DNA of 64,000 bases from a virus. Of this stretch, positions 47,490 through 57,101 are shown piece by piece (position 1 is the first letter of the stretch; each line of letters starts with the position of its first letter). The translations under genes were made by a program, and so were the position numbers. Below the pieces are notes generated by a model. That model ran no database searches. It saw only the letters and a program-made list of their open reading frames with translations, and had not been told where the DNA came from. The stretch is taken from positions 7,673 through 71,672 of IMG/VR virus record IMGVR_UViG_3300013767_000188. One strand, written 5' to 3'.

Positions 47490-48434
47490 ATGCCTATTGA
47501 ACGTATCGCCGTCGACCCGACGAAGCATCGCGCCGAGTGGCTCGCGCTGCGCCAGCGCGACATCACGGCCAGCGATGTTCCAGCCGTATGCGGCGAGGGC
47601 ATGTTCGGCTCTCCGGCCAAGGTATGGGCCGAAAAGCGTGGCTTGATCCCACCCGTCGAATTGAACGACGCCATGAAGCGCGGCATGTGGGGCGAGGCTG
47701 CGGTCTTCTCGGCAATCGAGTGGGAGTATCCTGATTGGGAGGTTCGCCGCGCAAAGGTCTATTTCCGCGACGCAGAGGCGCGCCTCGGCGCAACGCCTGA
47801 CGGCGCCGTGATCATTCCCGGTCGGGACGGCGTCGGCATCATCCAGACCAAGGTCATCGCCAAGCCGGTGTTTCAGATGCATTGGCTGGCGGACCCGGAG
47901 GATGATTACAGCCAGGTCATTGCGCCGCTCGGCTACCAGCTGCAGACGCTCACCGAATCCATGTTGTCGGATGCCGACTACGCCATGATCGCGGCGTTGG
48001 TGGTCGATACCTTCAAATGGTCGTTGCACATCGTCCCTGTCGATCGCAACCCCGGCGCTGAACAGGTTATCCGCAACCGCGTCGCTGCGTTCTGTCGCGA
48101 TTTCCTCGACACCGGCGTGCAACCGGCCATCGACCCGGAACGCGACGAAGATTTGGTCAAGCGCCTGTTCCCGAAAGATGTCGGCACGACCATCGATCTG
48201 AGCGGTGACAACGAAGCGCCCATGCTGGTCGACGAACTCGCGATTGCACGCGCCTTGAAGAAGGAGGGTGAGGGCCGCGAGAAAATCGCCAAGACCGCGC
48301 TCGCAGGCAAGCTAGGCGAAAACGCCTACGGCAAGCTCGCTGATGGCCGGAAGATCAGCTTCAAAACTCAAGAGCGCGGCGGATACGTGGTCGAGCCGAC
48401 CAGCTTCCGCGTCATGCGCGTCAGCAAGGGGTAA
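47490..48434 (+). CDS. YqaJ-like (lambda exo) recombination nuclease
   Basis: EWLALRQRDITASD, AMKRG..E, LGATPDG, QTK, Y.LQ. Confidence 0.88.
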   Translation: MPIERIAVDPTKHRAEWLALRQRDITASDVPAVCGEGMFGSPAKVWAEKRGLIPPVELNDAMKRGMWGEAAVFSAIEWEYPDWEVRRAKVYFRDAEARLGATPDGAVIIPGRDGVGIIQTKVIAKPVFQMHWLADPEDDYSQVIAPLGYQLQTLTESMLSDADYAMIAALVVDTFKWSLHIVPVDRNPGAEQVIRNRVAAFCRDFLDTGVQPAIDPERDEDLVKRLFPKDVGTTIDLSGDNEAPMLVDELAIARALKKEGEGREKIAKTALAGKLGENAYGKLADGRKISFKTQERGGYVVEPTSFRVMRVSKG

Positions 48435-48439
48435 CAGCG

Positions 48440-49207
48440 ATGAATGCACCTATTCGGACCGGCGCAGCGCCGAAAGACGACAATATCAAGCCACTCATTT
48501 CTGACGGGCAGCTTGCGGCGGATTATCCGCACTTGGTTTTGGCTGTCGAAGAAATTGAGAAGCTGGGCGCGGAATTGCCGCCTGTTCTCGAGGACGACGA
48601 GGATCTGGCGATCATCAGCTGGCTCGTGCCGCGTGCGAACGCCGACAGCAAGCGCATCGAAAAGCAGCGCGTTGAAACCGGACGGCCATTCCTTGACGCC
48701 ACCTCCGATCTGAACGGCTGGTTCAAGGCGCTGTCTGCACGGATCGACGCGGTCAAGGTGAAGGCGGAGAAGATCGGCAAGACCTATCTGGACAAGAAGG
48801 CCGCTGACGAACGCAAGCGGCGCGACGCGGAAGCTGCCGAGGCAACGCGTAAAGCAAACGAGGCGGCGGTGATACTCGCAGCCGCCGTCAAGACCGGTGA
48901 CGTTGAGCAGGTCCAGGTCGCAGCCGCTACAGCCGACACGCTGAAATCAGCAGCGGGCAGGGCTACGGCAGCGGTGGACGTGAAGCCGGCTGATCTGGCG
49001 CGCACGTCTGTCGGCGGTGCGACCTCAACGCTCGTTGAGAACTGGACGTTCGAGATCGAGGACATCAACCGCCTCGATCTGGAAGCGCTGCGGCCCTTCT
49101 TCACAACTACCGCGTTCGAGCAGGCCTTGCGCGGATACGTCAAGGCCGGTCGCCGCCAGATCGCGGGCGCACGCATCTATTCTGACACGAGATTCAGCAC
49201 GCGCTGA
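48440..49207 (+). CDS. Hypothetical coiled-coil recombination-module protein
   Basis: Between nuclease and annealing protein; C-terminal RQIAGARIY. Confidence 0.65.
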   Translation: MNAPIRTGAAPKDDNIKPLISDGQLAADYPHLVLAVEEIEKLGAELPPVLEDDEDLAIISWLVPRANADSKRIEKQRVETGRPFLDATSDLNGWFKALSARIDAVKVKAEKIGKTYLDKKAADERKRRDAEAAEATRKANEAAVILAAAVKTGDVEQVQVAAATADTLKSAAGRATAAVDVKPADLARTSVGGATSTLVENWTFEIEDINRLDLEALRPFFTTTAFEQALRGYVKAGRRQIAGARIYSDTRFSTR

Positions 49208-49233
49208 TCGCACGCACAACGGGAGAGACTGTT

Positions 49234-50490
49234 ATGACCATTGAAACCATCGAGCGCGACCGCAACCGGCTAGACGAATTCGCATCCTCGACCAGCACGT
49301 CCCTGACGGCAGCGCCATCGGTGCAGCCAATGGCATCGCCTGCTGACCGTGTTTTCGGTGCGCAGCAAGTCGCGGTCTATCGCGACGAGACCCGCGTCCT
49401 GCAGAAGCTCGCCGCTCTCGGTGCCGCTGCGGGCGACGATTGGTTCTACCGGTTTCCGGTCAAGAACAACGGCCAGAAAACCTTCATCGAAGGCCCATCC
49501 ATCAAGCTTGCGAACGACCTAGCCCGCATCTACGGCAATTGCGAAGTTGACACCCGTGTCGTCGACGTCGGCGGAAGCTGGATCATCTACGCGCGATTCA
49601 CCGATTACGAAACCGGCTACGCGCTGACGCGCCCGTTCCAGCAAAACAAGAATGCGTCCCGGCTGGGCGGGGCCGACGAGGACCGCCGCCGCGATATCGC
49701 GCTGCAGATCGGCGTCTCGAAAGCAATCCGCAACGTGGTCTCGAACGCTCTGCAGACCTACGCGGATTATGCCTTCAACGCCGCGCGGAACTCTCTGGTC
49801 GAGAAGATCGGTAAAGACCTCCCGAAGTGGCGCAACGACATACGCGCGGCAATCTCGCGCGTGCCATTCGACATCAAGCGCGCCGAACTTGTCATGGGCA
49901 AGACAGTCGAGGAATGGCTTGCGCCAGACATCGCTAAGGTGATCGCGATGTTGAAGGCCATCGCTGACGGTATGGCATCGGTCGACGACTCGTTTCCGAG
50001 AGCCGGTGAGGCCGATCACGACGAGGAAACCGGCGAGGTCAAGACAGCCGACGACCTTAACAAATTCACCGACAAGAATACTGGCGGCGGGACTGGTCAA
50101 CCCGGTGCGTCAGAGGCGGAGCGGACCGACGCTCACTCGGAAAGCTCCGCCACGTCTTCGTCGCAGTCAGGCGCATCCGCGAACGCGGACACTGCTGCGA
50201 AGGGCCAGGCCGCTTCTGAATCTGCAAACCCCTCCCGGTCGAAGGAAGCAGGAGCGGCCACGGCCACCGACAACAAGGCTGCGGTGCCGACCACCGAGGC
50301 GCAGTACATCGCTTACGCGAACGCGTGGATCAACGCTCTGGTCGACGATGCCGCAGGCCTGACGCGCTGGAAAAGCAAGGAAGAAAAGGACCTGCGCAAC
50401 AAGTGCAACGTTCCGGGTGAAGTCCGCGACACTCTCAAGATCGCGCTCGACAAGAAGATCGCAGAGATCAGCGACGCGGATCGGTCATGA
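49234..50490 (+). CDS. Putative single-strand annealing recombinase
   Basis: YRFP..IEGPSIKLA..YGN, SKAIRN; position after YqaJ. Confidence 0.6.
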   Translation: MTIETIERDRNRLDEFASSTSTSLTAAPSVQPMASPADRVFGAQQVAVYRDETRVLQKLAALGAAAGDDWFYRFPVKNNGQKTFIEGPSIKLANDLARIYGNCEVDTRVVDVGGSWIIYARFTDYETGYALTRPFQQNKNASRLGGADEDRRRDIALQIGVSKAIRNVVSNALQTYADYAFNAARNSLVEKIGKDLPKWRNDIRAAISRVPFDIKRAELVMGKTVEEWLAPDIAKVIAMLKAIADGMASVDDSFPRAGEADHDEETGEVKTADDLNKFTDKNTGGGTGQPGASEAERTDAHSESSATSSSQSGASANADTAAKGQAASESANPSRSKEAGAATATDNKAAVPTTEAQYIAYANAWINALVDDAAGLTRWKSKEEKDLRNKCNVPGEVRDTLKIALDKKIAEISDADRS

Positions 50491-50915
50491 GCAACATCGA
50501 CCCGCACACCGTGTTTGTGTCGCAACTGCGCTCCACGCGCATGCTCGACCTCGACATGATTGAGCAGGTCTTTGACGTCGTGAACTGTCCCGGCATGTCG
50601 GTCATCTGCAGGTCGCAGCGCCTGCAGAACGGCGACCTCAAGGCGCTGAGCCAAGTCTACGAGATCGCGACGGGCATCCAGTTCGACACTGTCGAAGACG
50701 CGATTCTCGGCTGGGACGACATGCGGCAGGAGATTGCAGGCCTTGATGCATTGGCCTGCGCGCTCCGCCGCCTGATGGGGCCGCTGATCAAGCCCCGTTG
50801 GGAAACACTGACACCGGGCGACCGCGCGCCCTGGCTGACGAAAGCGCGGCACATCCGAAACCTATTGCTGAACCTCGGCTTCGACATCAAGCCGGCGAAA
50901 GGGCGATTGCAATGA
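50487..50915 (+). CDS. Hypothetical protein
   Basis: ATGA-coupled ORF. Confidence 0.55.
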   Translation: MSNIDPHTVFVSQLRSTRMLDLDMIEQVFDVVNCPGMSVICRSQRLQNGDLKALSQVYEIATGIQFDTVEDAILGWDDMRQEIAGLDALACALRRLMGPLIKPRWETLTPGDRAPWLTKARHIRNLLLNLGFDIKPAKGRLQ

Positions 50916-51397
50916 CGGACATTATTATTGACGCGGTCGCGAGCCGCCGCATGGTGCTGCGATCCATCGTTGAGCCGCGCGTTAAGGCTCTGGCGCGCGC
51001 CCGATTGAAGCACGAGCTCGTCAGCGGCGACCACTACCGCGTCGAAGACCGCTTCGACTTCTTCGCGACCGTCGGAAACTGGCGCAGCTTCGACCACAAA
51101 GAAAAGGGTTACGGCGTCGGAACGCTGATTGCGCAAGTGCGCCTCGGCGGCATGTCGACGCTGGTCACGTTACCGCCAGAGATTGGCGGTCAAGAGGCCC
51201 CGGCGATTGGGCCGGTGGGTGACGAGGCCCCGCTGTCGGATGATTCTGACACGACAGCCGCGCCTCACGCGACACGTCCAGCGAACGGGACTGAAACCGT
51301 GGACGTGACTTTGGAGGGTGGAGAGGAACCCGACGTCACGGCTGCTGCACATATCGAGTGCGGCAGCCGTGCACTTCTTCCTGCGGTGACGCCATGA
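50912..51397 (+). CDS. Hypothetical protein
   Basis: ATGA-coupled ORF. Confidence 0.5.
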   Translation: MTDIIIDAVASRRMVLRSIVEPRVKALARARLKHELVSGDHYRVEDRFDFFATVGNWRSFDHKEKGYGVGTLIAQVRLGGMSTLVTLPPEIGGQEAPAIGPVGDEAPLSDDSDTTAAPHATRPANGTETVDVTLEGGEEPDVTAAAHIECGSRALLPAVTP

Positions 51398-51820
51398 CGA
51401 AAACCTTCGCATGGGTCCGCAGCCGGAACACGGCAGGCCTGCGGCCAGACCCGCAGCCGATCATCTACGATAAGCCGCTGGTCGGCAGCCGCATGGAGTT
51501 CGTGCCGAACGCTGAGCGCGAGCTTGAAGGCGACGATCTCAACAAATCGCTTGATGAACTGGCGTCGGACTATCCCGCGCCACCTGTCGATCACCTGAAA
51601 GTGGGTGGCGCATGAACATCCTCGGGGGCGGCGACGACTTCCTTGTATCGCGCATCCGCGCGGATCTGTCGGCTTACAAAGCCGCGATGCAGCACGGCGA
51701 TACCGACGCGTGCATCGTGATCGAGAAGCGATACGGCCTTTACGGCCTCTCGCCGAAGATGGTCACCGATCAGATGTTCGACATGATCGCGCAGAAGCCG
51801 CTGACTGCGGGGAGGGCGTC

Positions 51821-53620
51821 TTGAGCTACGCAATCCCGCCATCAGTCCTCGAACAGCACACCGCGTTTCTTGGGAAAACCGGGAGCGGGAAGACTTCGAC
51901 CGCCAAGCTTTGCGTCGAACAGATCGTCCGCGACACTCCGAACCCGCGCGTCTGCATTCTCGACGCGATCAAGTCCGATTGGTGGGGCCTGATATCGAGC
52001 GCGGACGGCAAGCGGCCTGGACTTCCGTTCTATGTTCTCGGCGGGCCGCATGGCCACGCTCAGCTTCATCCATCGTCTGGCAAGGCAATTGGCGAACTGG
52101 TCGCGAGTGGCGCGTTGCCATTGTCGATCATCGATATGGCCGATTTCCCGGCAGGCGGGCTGCAAGAGTTCTTCAACGACTTCGCACCGGCGCTCCTGAA
52201 ACGCATGCGCGGCGTTGTTCATTTGGTGATGGAGGAAGCGCACGAGTTCGCGCCGAAGGAGCGTGCCGGCATCGGCGCCGAGAGCATGGCGATCTACAAC
52301 GCGAAGAAGCTTGCGACCGCTGGCCGGTCGAAGGGCATCCGGTTGATGGTCGTCACTCAGCGGACGCAGGCGCTGCATAACGCAATGCTCGGCAGCTGCG
52401 ACACGATGATTGCGCACCGGCTTGCGGCCCCGGCCGATCAGGAACCGGTAAAGAAGTGGCTCAAGGCCAACGTCGATAAAGCGACGATGGAAACGGTCGC
52501 GGGCTCGATGTCGAGCCTCAAGACCGGTAGCGCGTGGCTTTGCTCCGGCGAAGCCCAGGTCGCGGAGCTTGTGCAGTTCCCGAAGATCGCGACGTTCGAC
52601 AATTCCGCGACGCCGACCGGCGACATGGCCGAACAGTCAGTGAAGACCGCTGCGGTCGATCTCGACAAGCTGCGCGCGATCATCGGCAGCGCGGTGAAGG
52701 AAGCCGAGGAAAACGATCCAGTCAAGCTCAAGGCCGAGATCGCGGCTTTACGCAAAGAATCGGCCTCGAAATTCCAGATAACGCAAAACCCGGTTGTTGA
52801 CCCATCTGCGCTGGAGGAAGCCGAACAGCGCGGCTTCCAGCAGGGCTATGAGGCCGGTGAAACATATGGCTTCAAGGCGGGGTTCGACGAAGCCAGCGAT
52901 CAAGGCGCGATCCAATTCAACACTCTGAAAGAGCAGGTCCGCGCGACTGTGAACAATTTCGCGACTTCGTTCGACGGAAACGTCACCGGCGAAACATTCA
53001 GGCTCAACCTCGACGTCAAATACATCAGACCATCGGTCTCGCCAGCGGCGTCCAAGCAACCCGCTTCTGCGCCGATGCCAAGGGCCGCTCCACCGGCCCG
53101 AACCCCTTCACCGGCGGCGGGCGGTGACGGTACTTATTCCAAGGCGGTCATTAATGCCCTGACGGCAATGGCCGAACTGCGCGCGCTCGGCGTCGAAAGG
53201 CCATCCCGCGAGATCATCGCTGCGATGGCTAATTACACCAATATCCAGAGCCGTCCTATTCGCGACGCGTTCGGCCTTTGCATCGTCGATGGTCTCGCGG
53301 AGTGCCTGGAGTCAGGGACGCTGACGATCACCGCCAAAGGCATCAGGCTGGCCGGTGGCCTGCCAGCGCGTCCAACGTCATCGAAAGAAATGCGAGACCG
53401 TATCGTGGGCGTCCTCGATACGGCGGCAGGCAAGGCGCTGGATTATCTCATTAAGATTTACCCGCGTGCTGACAGCCGTGAGGCCATCGCCGAGTCCTGC
53501 GGATACTCAAACGTCCAGAGTCGGCCGATACGCGATGCTTTCTCGAAGCTGCTCGAAATGAAGTTCATCGAGCGTGCACAGTCCGGTTCTCTCGCTGCGA
53601 CGAAGGCGCTTTTCCCATGA
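51821..53620 (+). CDS. HerA/FtsK-like (DUF87) ATPase with duplicated C-terminal winged-helix domains
   Basis: GKTGSGKT, VMEEAH, GRSKG..TQR; repeats YTNIQSRPIRDAF / YSNVQSRPIRDAF. Confidence 0.85.
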   Translation: MSYAIPPSVLEQHTAFLGKTGSGKTSTAKLCVEQIVRDTPNPRVCILDAIKSDWWGLISSADGKRPGLPFYVLGGPHGHAQLHPSSGKAIGELVASGALPLSIIDMADFPAGGLQEFFNDFAPALLKRMRGVVHLVMEEAHEFAPKERAGIGAESMAIYNAKKLATAGRSKGIRLMVVTQRTQALHNAMLGSCDTMIAHRLAAPADQEPVKKWLKANVDKATMETVAGSMSSLKTGSAWLCSGEAQVAELVQFPKIATFDNSATPTGDMAEQSVKTAAVDLDKLRAIIGSAVKEAEENDPVKLKAEIAALRKESASKFQITQNPVVDPSALEEAEQRGFQQGYEAGETYGFKAGFDEASDQGAIQFNTLKEQVRATVNNFATSFDGNVTGETFRLNLDVKYIRPSVSPAASKQPASAPMPRAAPPARTPSPAAGGDGTYSKAVINALTAMAELRALGVERPSREIIAAMANYTNIQSRPIRDAFGLCIVDGLAECLESGTLTITAKGIRLAGGLPARPTSSKEMRDRIVGVLDTAAGKALDYLIKIYPRADSREAIAESCGYSNVQSRPIRDAFSKLLEMKFIERAQSGSLAATKALFP

Positions 53621-54015
53621 GGAATTCAGAAATTATCAAGGTTGAGGATATGCCGCGATGGGTGATGCGTAGCTTTCTTCTGGCCGTCGCTCCGATTGTC
53701 GTCGTCTGGACAATCATCAGTCGCACTTGGACCGAAGTCAGATCGATTCCGTTCTTCATCCGATGCGACTTGTCAGGGGAATTCACTGAATTCCGCAGAA
53801 TTTGGCGCGCGGCTGGGAGCAACCGGGCATGAACGCGCTTTTCATCTGCAAGCTCGCGATCATTTTCCAGTCGTGGACCAGCGAGCCGGAACCGCGCGAA
53901 GGTTTCAACGAAATGGCACAGCGCCGTGCCTGGCGCTGGTGGTCGGACGCCCAGGCAATGGGAGTGGTGGTGCAATAGCCACGAATTTGAACCGCAATAG
54001 ATTTTGGAGATCATC

Positions 54016-55920
54016 ATGGCGTCGATGGATATGGGATTGGTTGAGGCGCTGCGCGCGGAAGGCGGCGGCTATGGACCGGGCGGCGCAGGGTTGCCACCGC
54101 CGCCGCCGAAACCGCAGCCGAGGAAAATCCGCGACGGCGACATCCTTTTAGGCAACGCGTCCAACGGCGACCAGATCGGCATCAGTCTTGCGAAGCTGGT
54201 CGAAGGCCGTCTCCTGATCCAGGGTAACAGCGGCGCTGGTAAGTCCATGCTGCTGCGTCGCGTGTTCGAGCAATCATGGGGCAAGGTCCAGCAAATCGTC
54301 ATCGACCCCGATGGCGAGTTCTCCACGCTTTCCGAAAAATTCGACGTCGCCGTTCTGAGCGCGAGCGAGCTTCTGAGGATCGGCGGCAGAACGCTCGCCG
54401 GTCACATGCGCGAGCATCGTTACAGCGCAGTACTGGACTTGTCCGACGCGACTTCCGAAGACCGTATGGCCTTCGCCGGCGAACTGGCGGCCGGGCTTAT
54501 CGATGCCCCGCCCGAGCATTGGCAGCCTGTTCTGGTCCTGATGGACGAGGCGCAGACCTTCGCGCCGCATTTCGACACCGGCGACGTCGACACGGAGACC
54601 CGGAAACGCGCGACTTCATCCATCGCGGACATGATGGGACGCGGACGGAAGCGCGGCGTTGCCGGGATCATCGCGACGCAGCGGCTGGCTGAAACGTCGA
54701 AGGCGGTTGCGTTCAAGACGACGAATATCATTGTCGGGCGCACGATCTTCGACCGTGACCTTGAGCGGGCCGGTGACGTTCTCGGGTTTACCGCAGGCCA
54801 TAGCCGCGCGCTGCGCACTCTGGTCGACGGCGAATTTCTCGGAATCGGCCCAGCCTTCAACGTTGCCGGTCGGTCGCGGTTCAAGGCTGGCGGTGTGGAA
54901 ACGCGCCATAAGGGTGAAGCGCCGCAGATCGCAGCGCCTCCGCAGATCGGCGCTTCCGCCGCCACCGCGCTGCTCGGCCAGATCGAGACGCCCGCGCTTC
55001 AACCGGAAAACCAGCGTGGCACGTCATCGTTGTCACACCGGCCTGGATCGGGACGACGTGGCCGTGACTGGAAGCCGGAAGAAGACCAGATCATCCGCGA
55101 CGGATACCGCGACGGCATGGCGATCCGCGATATCGGATCGGCGCTGGCGGAGATCGGGTTCAGTACGTCGACCAGCAACATTTCCGGCCGCGCGCGCGAC
55201 CTGGGCTTGGTCAGCGAGAAGGCCGCGGCTGCTTGGTGTGACGCTGAGGATGAAATCCTCCGCGACTGCTATGCGCGCGAAGTCAAGATCATGGACATTG
55301 TCGGTGTCCTCGCAGAGCAAGGATACACGCGCGGGCGCGTCGCGATCCAGATGCGAGCGATCGCGCTTGGCATCACGCGCGATCGTGTCAACTACTGGAC
55401 CGAGCCGGAGAAGGCGATCGCGCTGAAAGGGCTGAAAGACGGAACGCAGTATGCGCAAATCGTCGAGAACCTGCGGCAGGCTGGTTTCCATCGCGGATTA
55501 ACCGCCATCTTCAAGTTTGCGCAGAAGAACAATCTCGCAAACCGCGGAAGTGATCCTTGGACAACCGAGGAAGTCGAAAAGCTGAAAGAGCTTTACGCGC
55601 AAAGACTGCCAACGAAGGAAATTGCCGAACAACTTGGCAAAACCGTCCAGACCGTCCGCTCCAAGGCAAGCATTCTTAACCTCAAGATTCGGGTCGCGTG
55701 GAGCGACGACGAATACGCGAAGCTGAACAAAGCATACGCGGACGGCAAGACGCTGACAGAGGCCGTCGAAATCATCGGGAGGCCATACGCCAACGTCGCC
55801 CGCATCGCATACACGACAGGCCTCAAATTCTCACTGGCGCCCAGCGAGCGCGGAATGGCGAAAGCGAAGAAGGCGACAGCGAAGCCGCCCAAGACCAAGA
55901 AGAAGGGCGCGAAGAAATGA
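54016..55920 (+). CDS. HerA-like (DUF87) ATPase with five C-terminal Myb/GcrA-N-like repeats
   Basis: QGNSGAGKS, IDPDGEF, LMDEAQ, GRGRKRG..ATQR; five W-x-x-E-E repeats. Confidence 0.85.
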   Translation: MASMDMGLVEALRAEGGGYGPGGAGLPPPPPKPQPRKIRDGDILLGNASNGDQIGISLAKLVEGRLLIQGNSGAGKSMLLRRVFEQSWGKVQQIVIDPDGEFSTLSEKFDVAVLSASELLRIGGRTLAGHMREHRYSAVLDLSDATSEDRMAFAGELAAGLIDAPPEHWQPVLVLMDEAQTFAPHFDTGDVDTETRKRATSSIADMMGRGRKRGVAGIIATQRLAETSKAVAFKTTNIIVGRTIFDRDLERAGDVLGFTAGHSRALRTLVDGEFLGIGPAFNVAGRSRFKAGGVETRHKGEAPQIAAPPQIGASAATALLGQIETPALQPENQRGTSSLSHRPGSGRRGRDWKPEEDQIIRDGYRDGMAIRDIGSALAEIGFSTSTSNISGRARDLGLVSEKAAAAWCDAEDEILRDCYAREVKIMDIVGVLAEQGYTRGRVAIQMRAIALGITRDRVNYWTEPEKAIALKGLKDGTQYAQIVENLRQAGFHRGLTAIFKFAQKNNLANRGSDPWTTEEVEKLKELYAQRLPTKEIAEQLGKTVQTVRSKASILNLKIRVAWSDDEYAKLNKAYADGKTLTEAVEIIGRPYANVARIAYTTGLKFSLAPSERGMAKAKKATAKPPKTKKKGAKK

Positions 55921-56153
55921 GCGCGGTCGATCATCCCCAGCACTATGGCGGCGCAGAAAACCCCTACGAGGTCATCAAGGTTCTGCAGGCGTGGCTCACG
56001 CCCGAAGAATACGTCGGCTTTTTGAAGGGCAACGCGCTCAAGTACAACGCTCGTCATCGACAGAAGGGCGGTCTTGAGGACCTGAGAAAAGCTCAGTGGT
56101 ATCAGAACGAACTCGTGCGGTTCACGGCATCGTTGCCCAAGGAGGCATTCTGA
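55917..56153 (+). CDS. DUF3310 protein
   Basis: VDHPQHY, GFLKGNALKY..R..KGGLEDLRKAQWY. Confidence 0.9.
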   Translation: MSAVDHPQHYGGAENPYEVIKVLQAWLTPEEYVGFLKGNALKYNARHRQKGGLEDLRKAQWYQNELVRFTASLPKEAF

Positions 56154-56452
56154 TGGCTCGCGAGCGCCGCCTTCACCCAGCCGTCGAACGGTACCTTGGC
56201 CCGGTCGCCATCGCGCAATTCGTTGACGCAGGCTGGTTCACCTTCTGGCCGCTCGGCCTGACGAAGGGCGGCAAGAACGCGTTCGATAACGGCTTCGGCT
56301 TTTGGGACGGTCATCGTCAGGATTTGCCCTACGAGACGTCACCTTACGAAAACCCATTCGGAAATCCTGCCTATCCCGATTGGGAAGGCAGGCTCGCGCG
56401 CCTGCCAGTTCAAGGGCGCGCAAACGAAGACGTTTCATCCCAAGGAGATTGA
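56153..56452 (+). CDS. Hypothetical protein
   Basis: Coupled ORF. Confidence 0.5.
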   Translation: MARERRLHPAVERYLGPVAIAQFVDAGWFTFWPLGLTKGGKNAFDNGFGFWDGHRQDLPYETSPYENPFGNPAYPDWEGRLARLPVQGRANEDVSSQGD

Positions 56453-56453
56453 T

Positions 56454-57062
56454 ATGGAAATGAGCTACGGACGAACAGGCATATTCATCGACGGCGCAAA
56501 CCTCTACGCGACCGCCAAGGCTCTCGGCTTCGACATGGATTACAAGAAGCTGCTCGCGCACTATCGCGGGAACAGCGATCTTGTCCGCGTCTTCTACTAC
56601 ACCGCGATCATTGAGGACGCGGAGTTCTCATCGATCCGCCCGTTGATCGATTGGCTCGATTACAACGGCTATGTCGTTGTGACGAAGCCGACAAAAGAGT
56701 TCATCGACGCCAGCGGCCGGCGCAAGGTCAAAGGCAACATGGACATCGAGCTCGCCGTCGACGCGATGGAGTTGGCCGACAAGATCGAAGACATGATCCT
56801 TTTCACCGGCGATGGCGACTTCCGGTCGCTCGTTGGAGCGATGCAGCGCAAGGGCGTCCGCGTCACCGTGATTTCGACGGTTGCCAGCCAACCGCCGATG
56901 ATCGCGGACGAACTGCGCCGACAGGCCGACACATTCACCGACCTTGTGTCGTTGCAGGCCAAGCTCGGCCGCGAGCCGTCCGAGGCCCCAGCTAGACCAC
57001 GCGCCGACATTATCGCTGACACCGCGCGGTCATTCGACCGCCGTCCACGCGCCCACGCCTAA
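56454..57062 (+). CDS. NYN domain (LabA/DUF88) protein
   Basis: FIDGANL, KGNMDIELAVD, TGDGDF, ADELRRQAD. Confidence 0.92.
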   Translation: MEMSYGRTGIFIDGANLYATAKALGFDMDYKKLLAHYRGNSDLVRVFYYTAIIEDAEFSSIRPLIDWLDYNGYVVVTKPTKEFIDASGRRKVKGNMDIELAVDAMELADKIEDMILFTGDGDFRSLVGAMQRKGVRVTVISTVASQPPMIADELRRQADTFTDLVSLQAKLGREPSEAPARPRADIIADTARSFDRRPRAHA

Positions 57063-57101
57063 CCCCGAAACCTAAACCAGAAAATCATTGGAGCTACGAC
57101 A

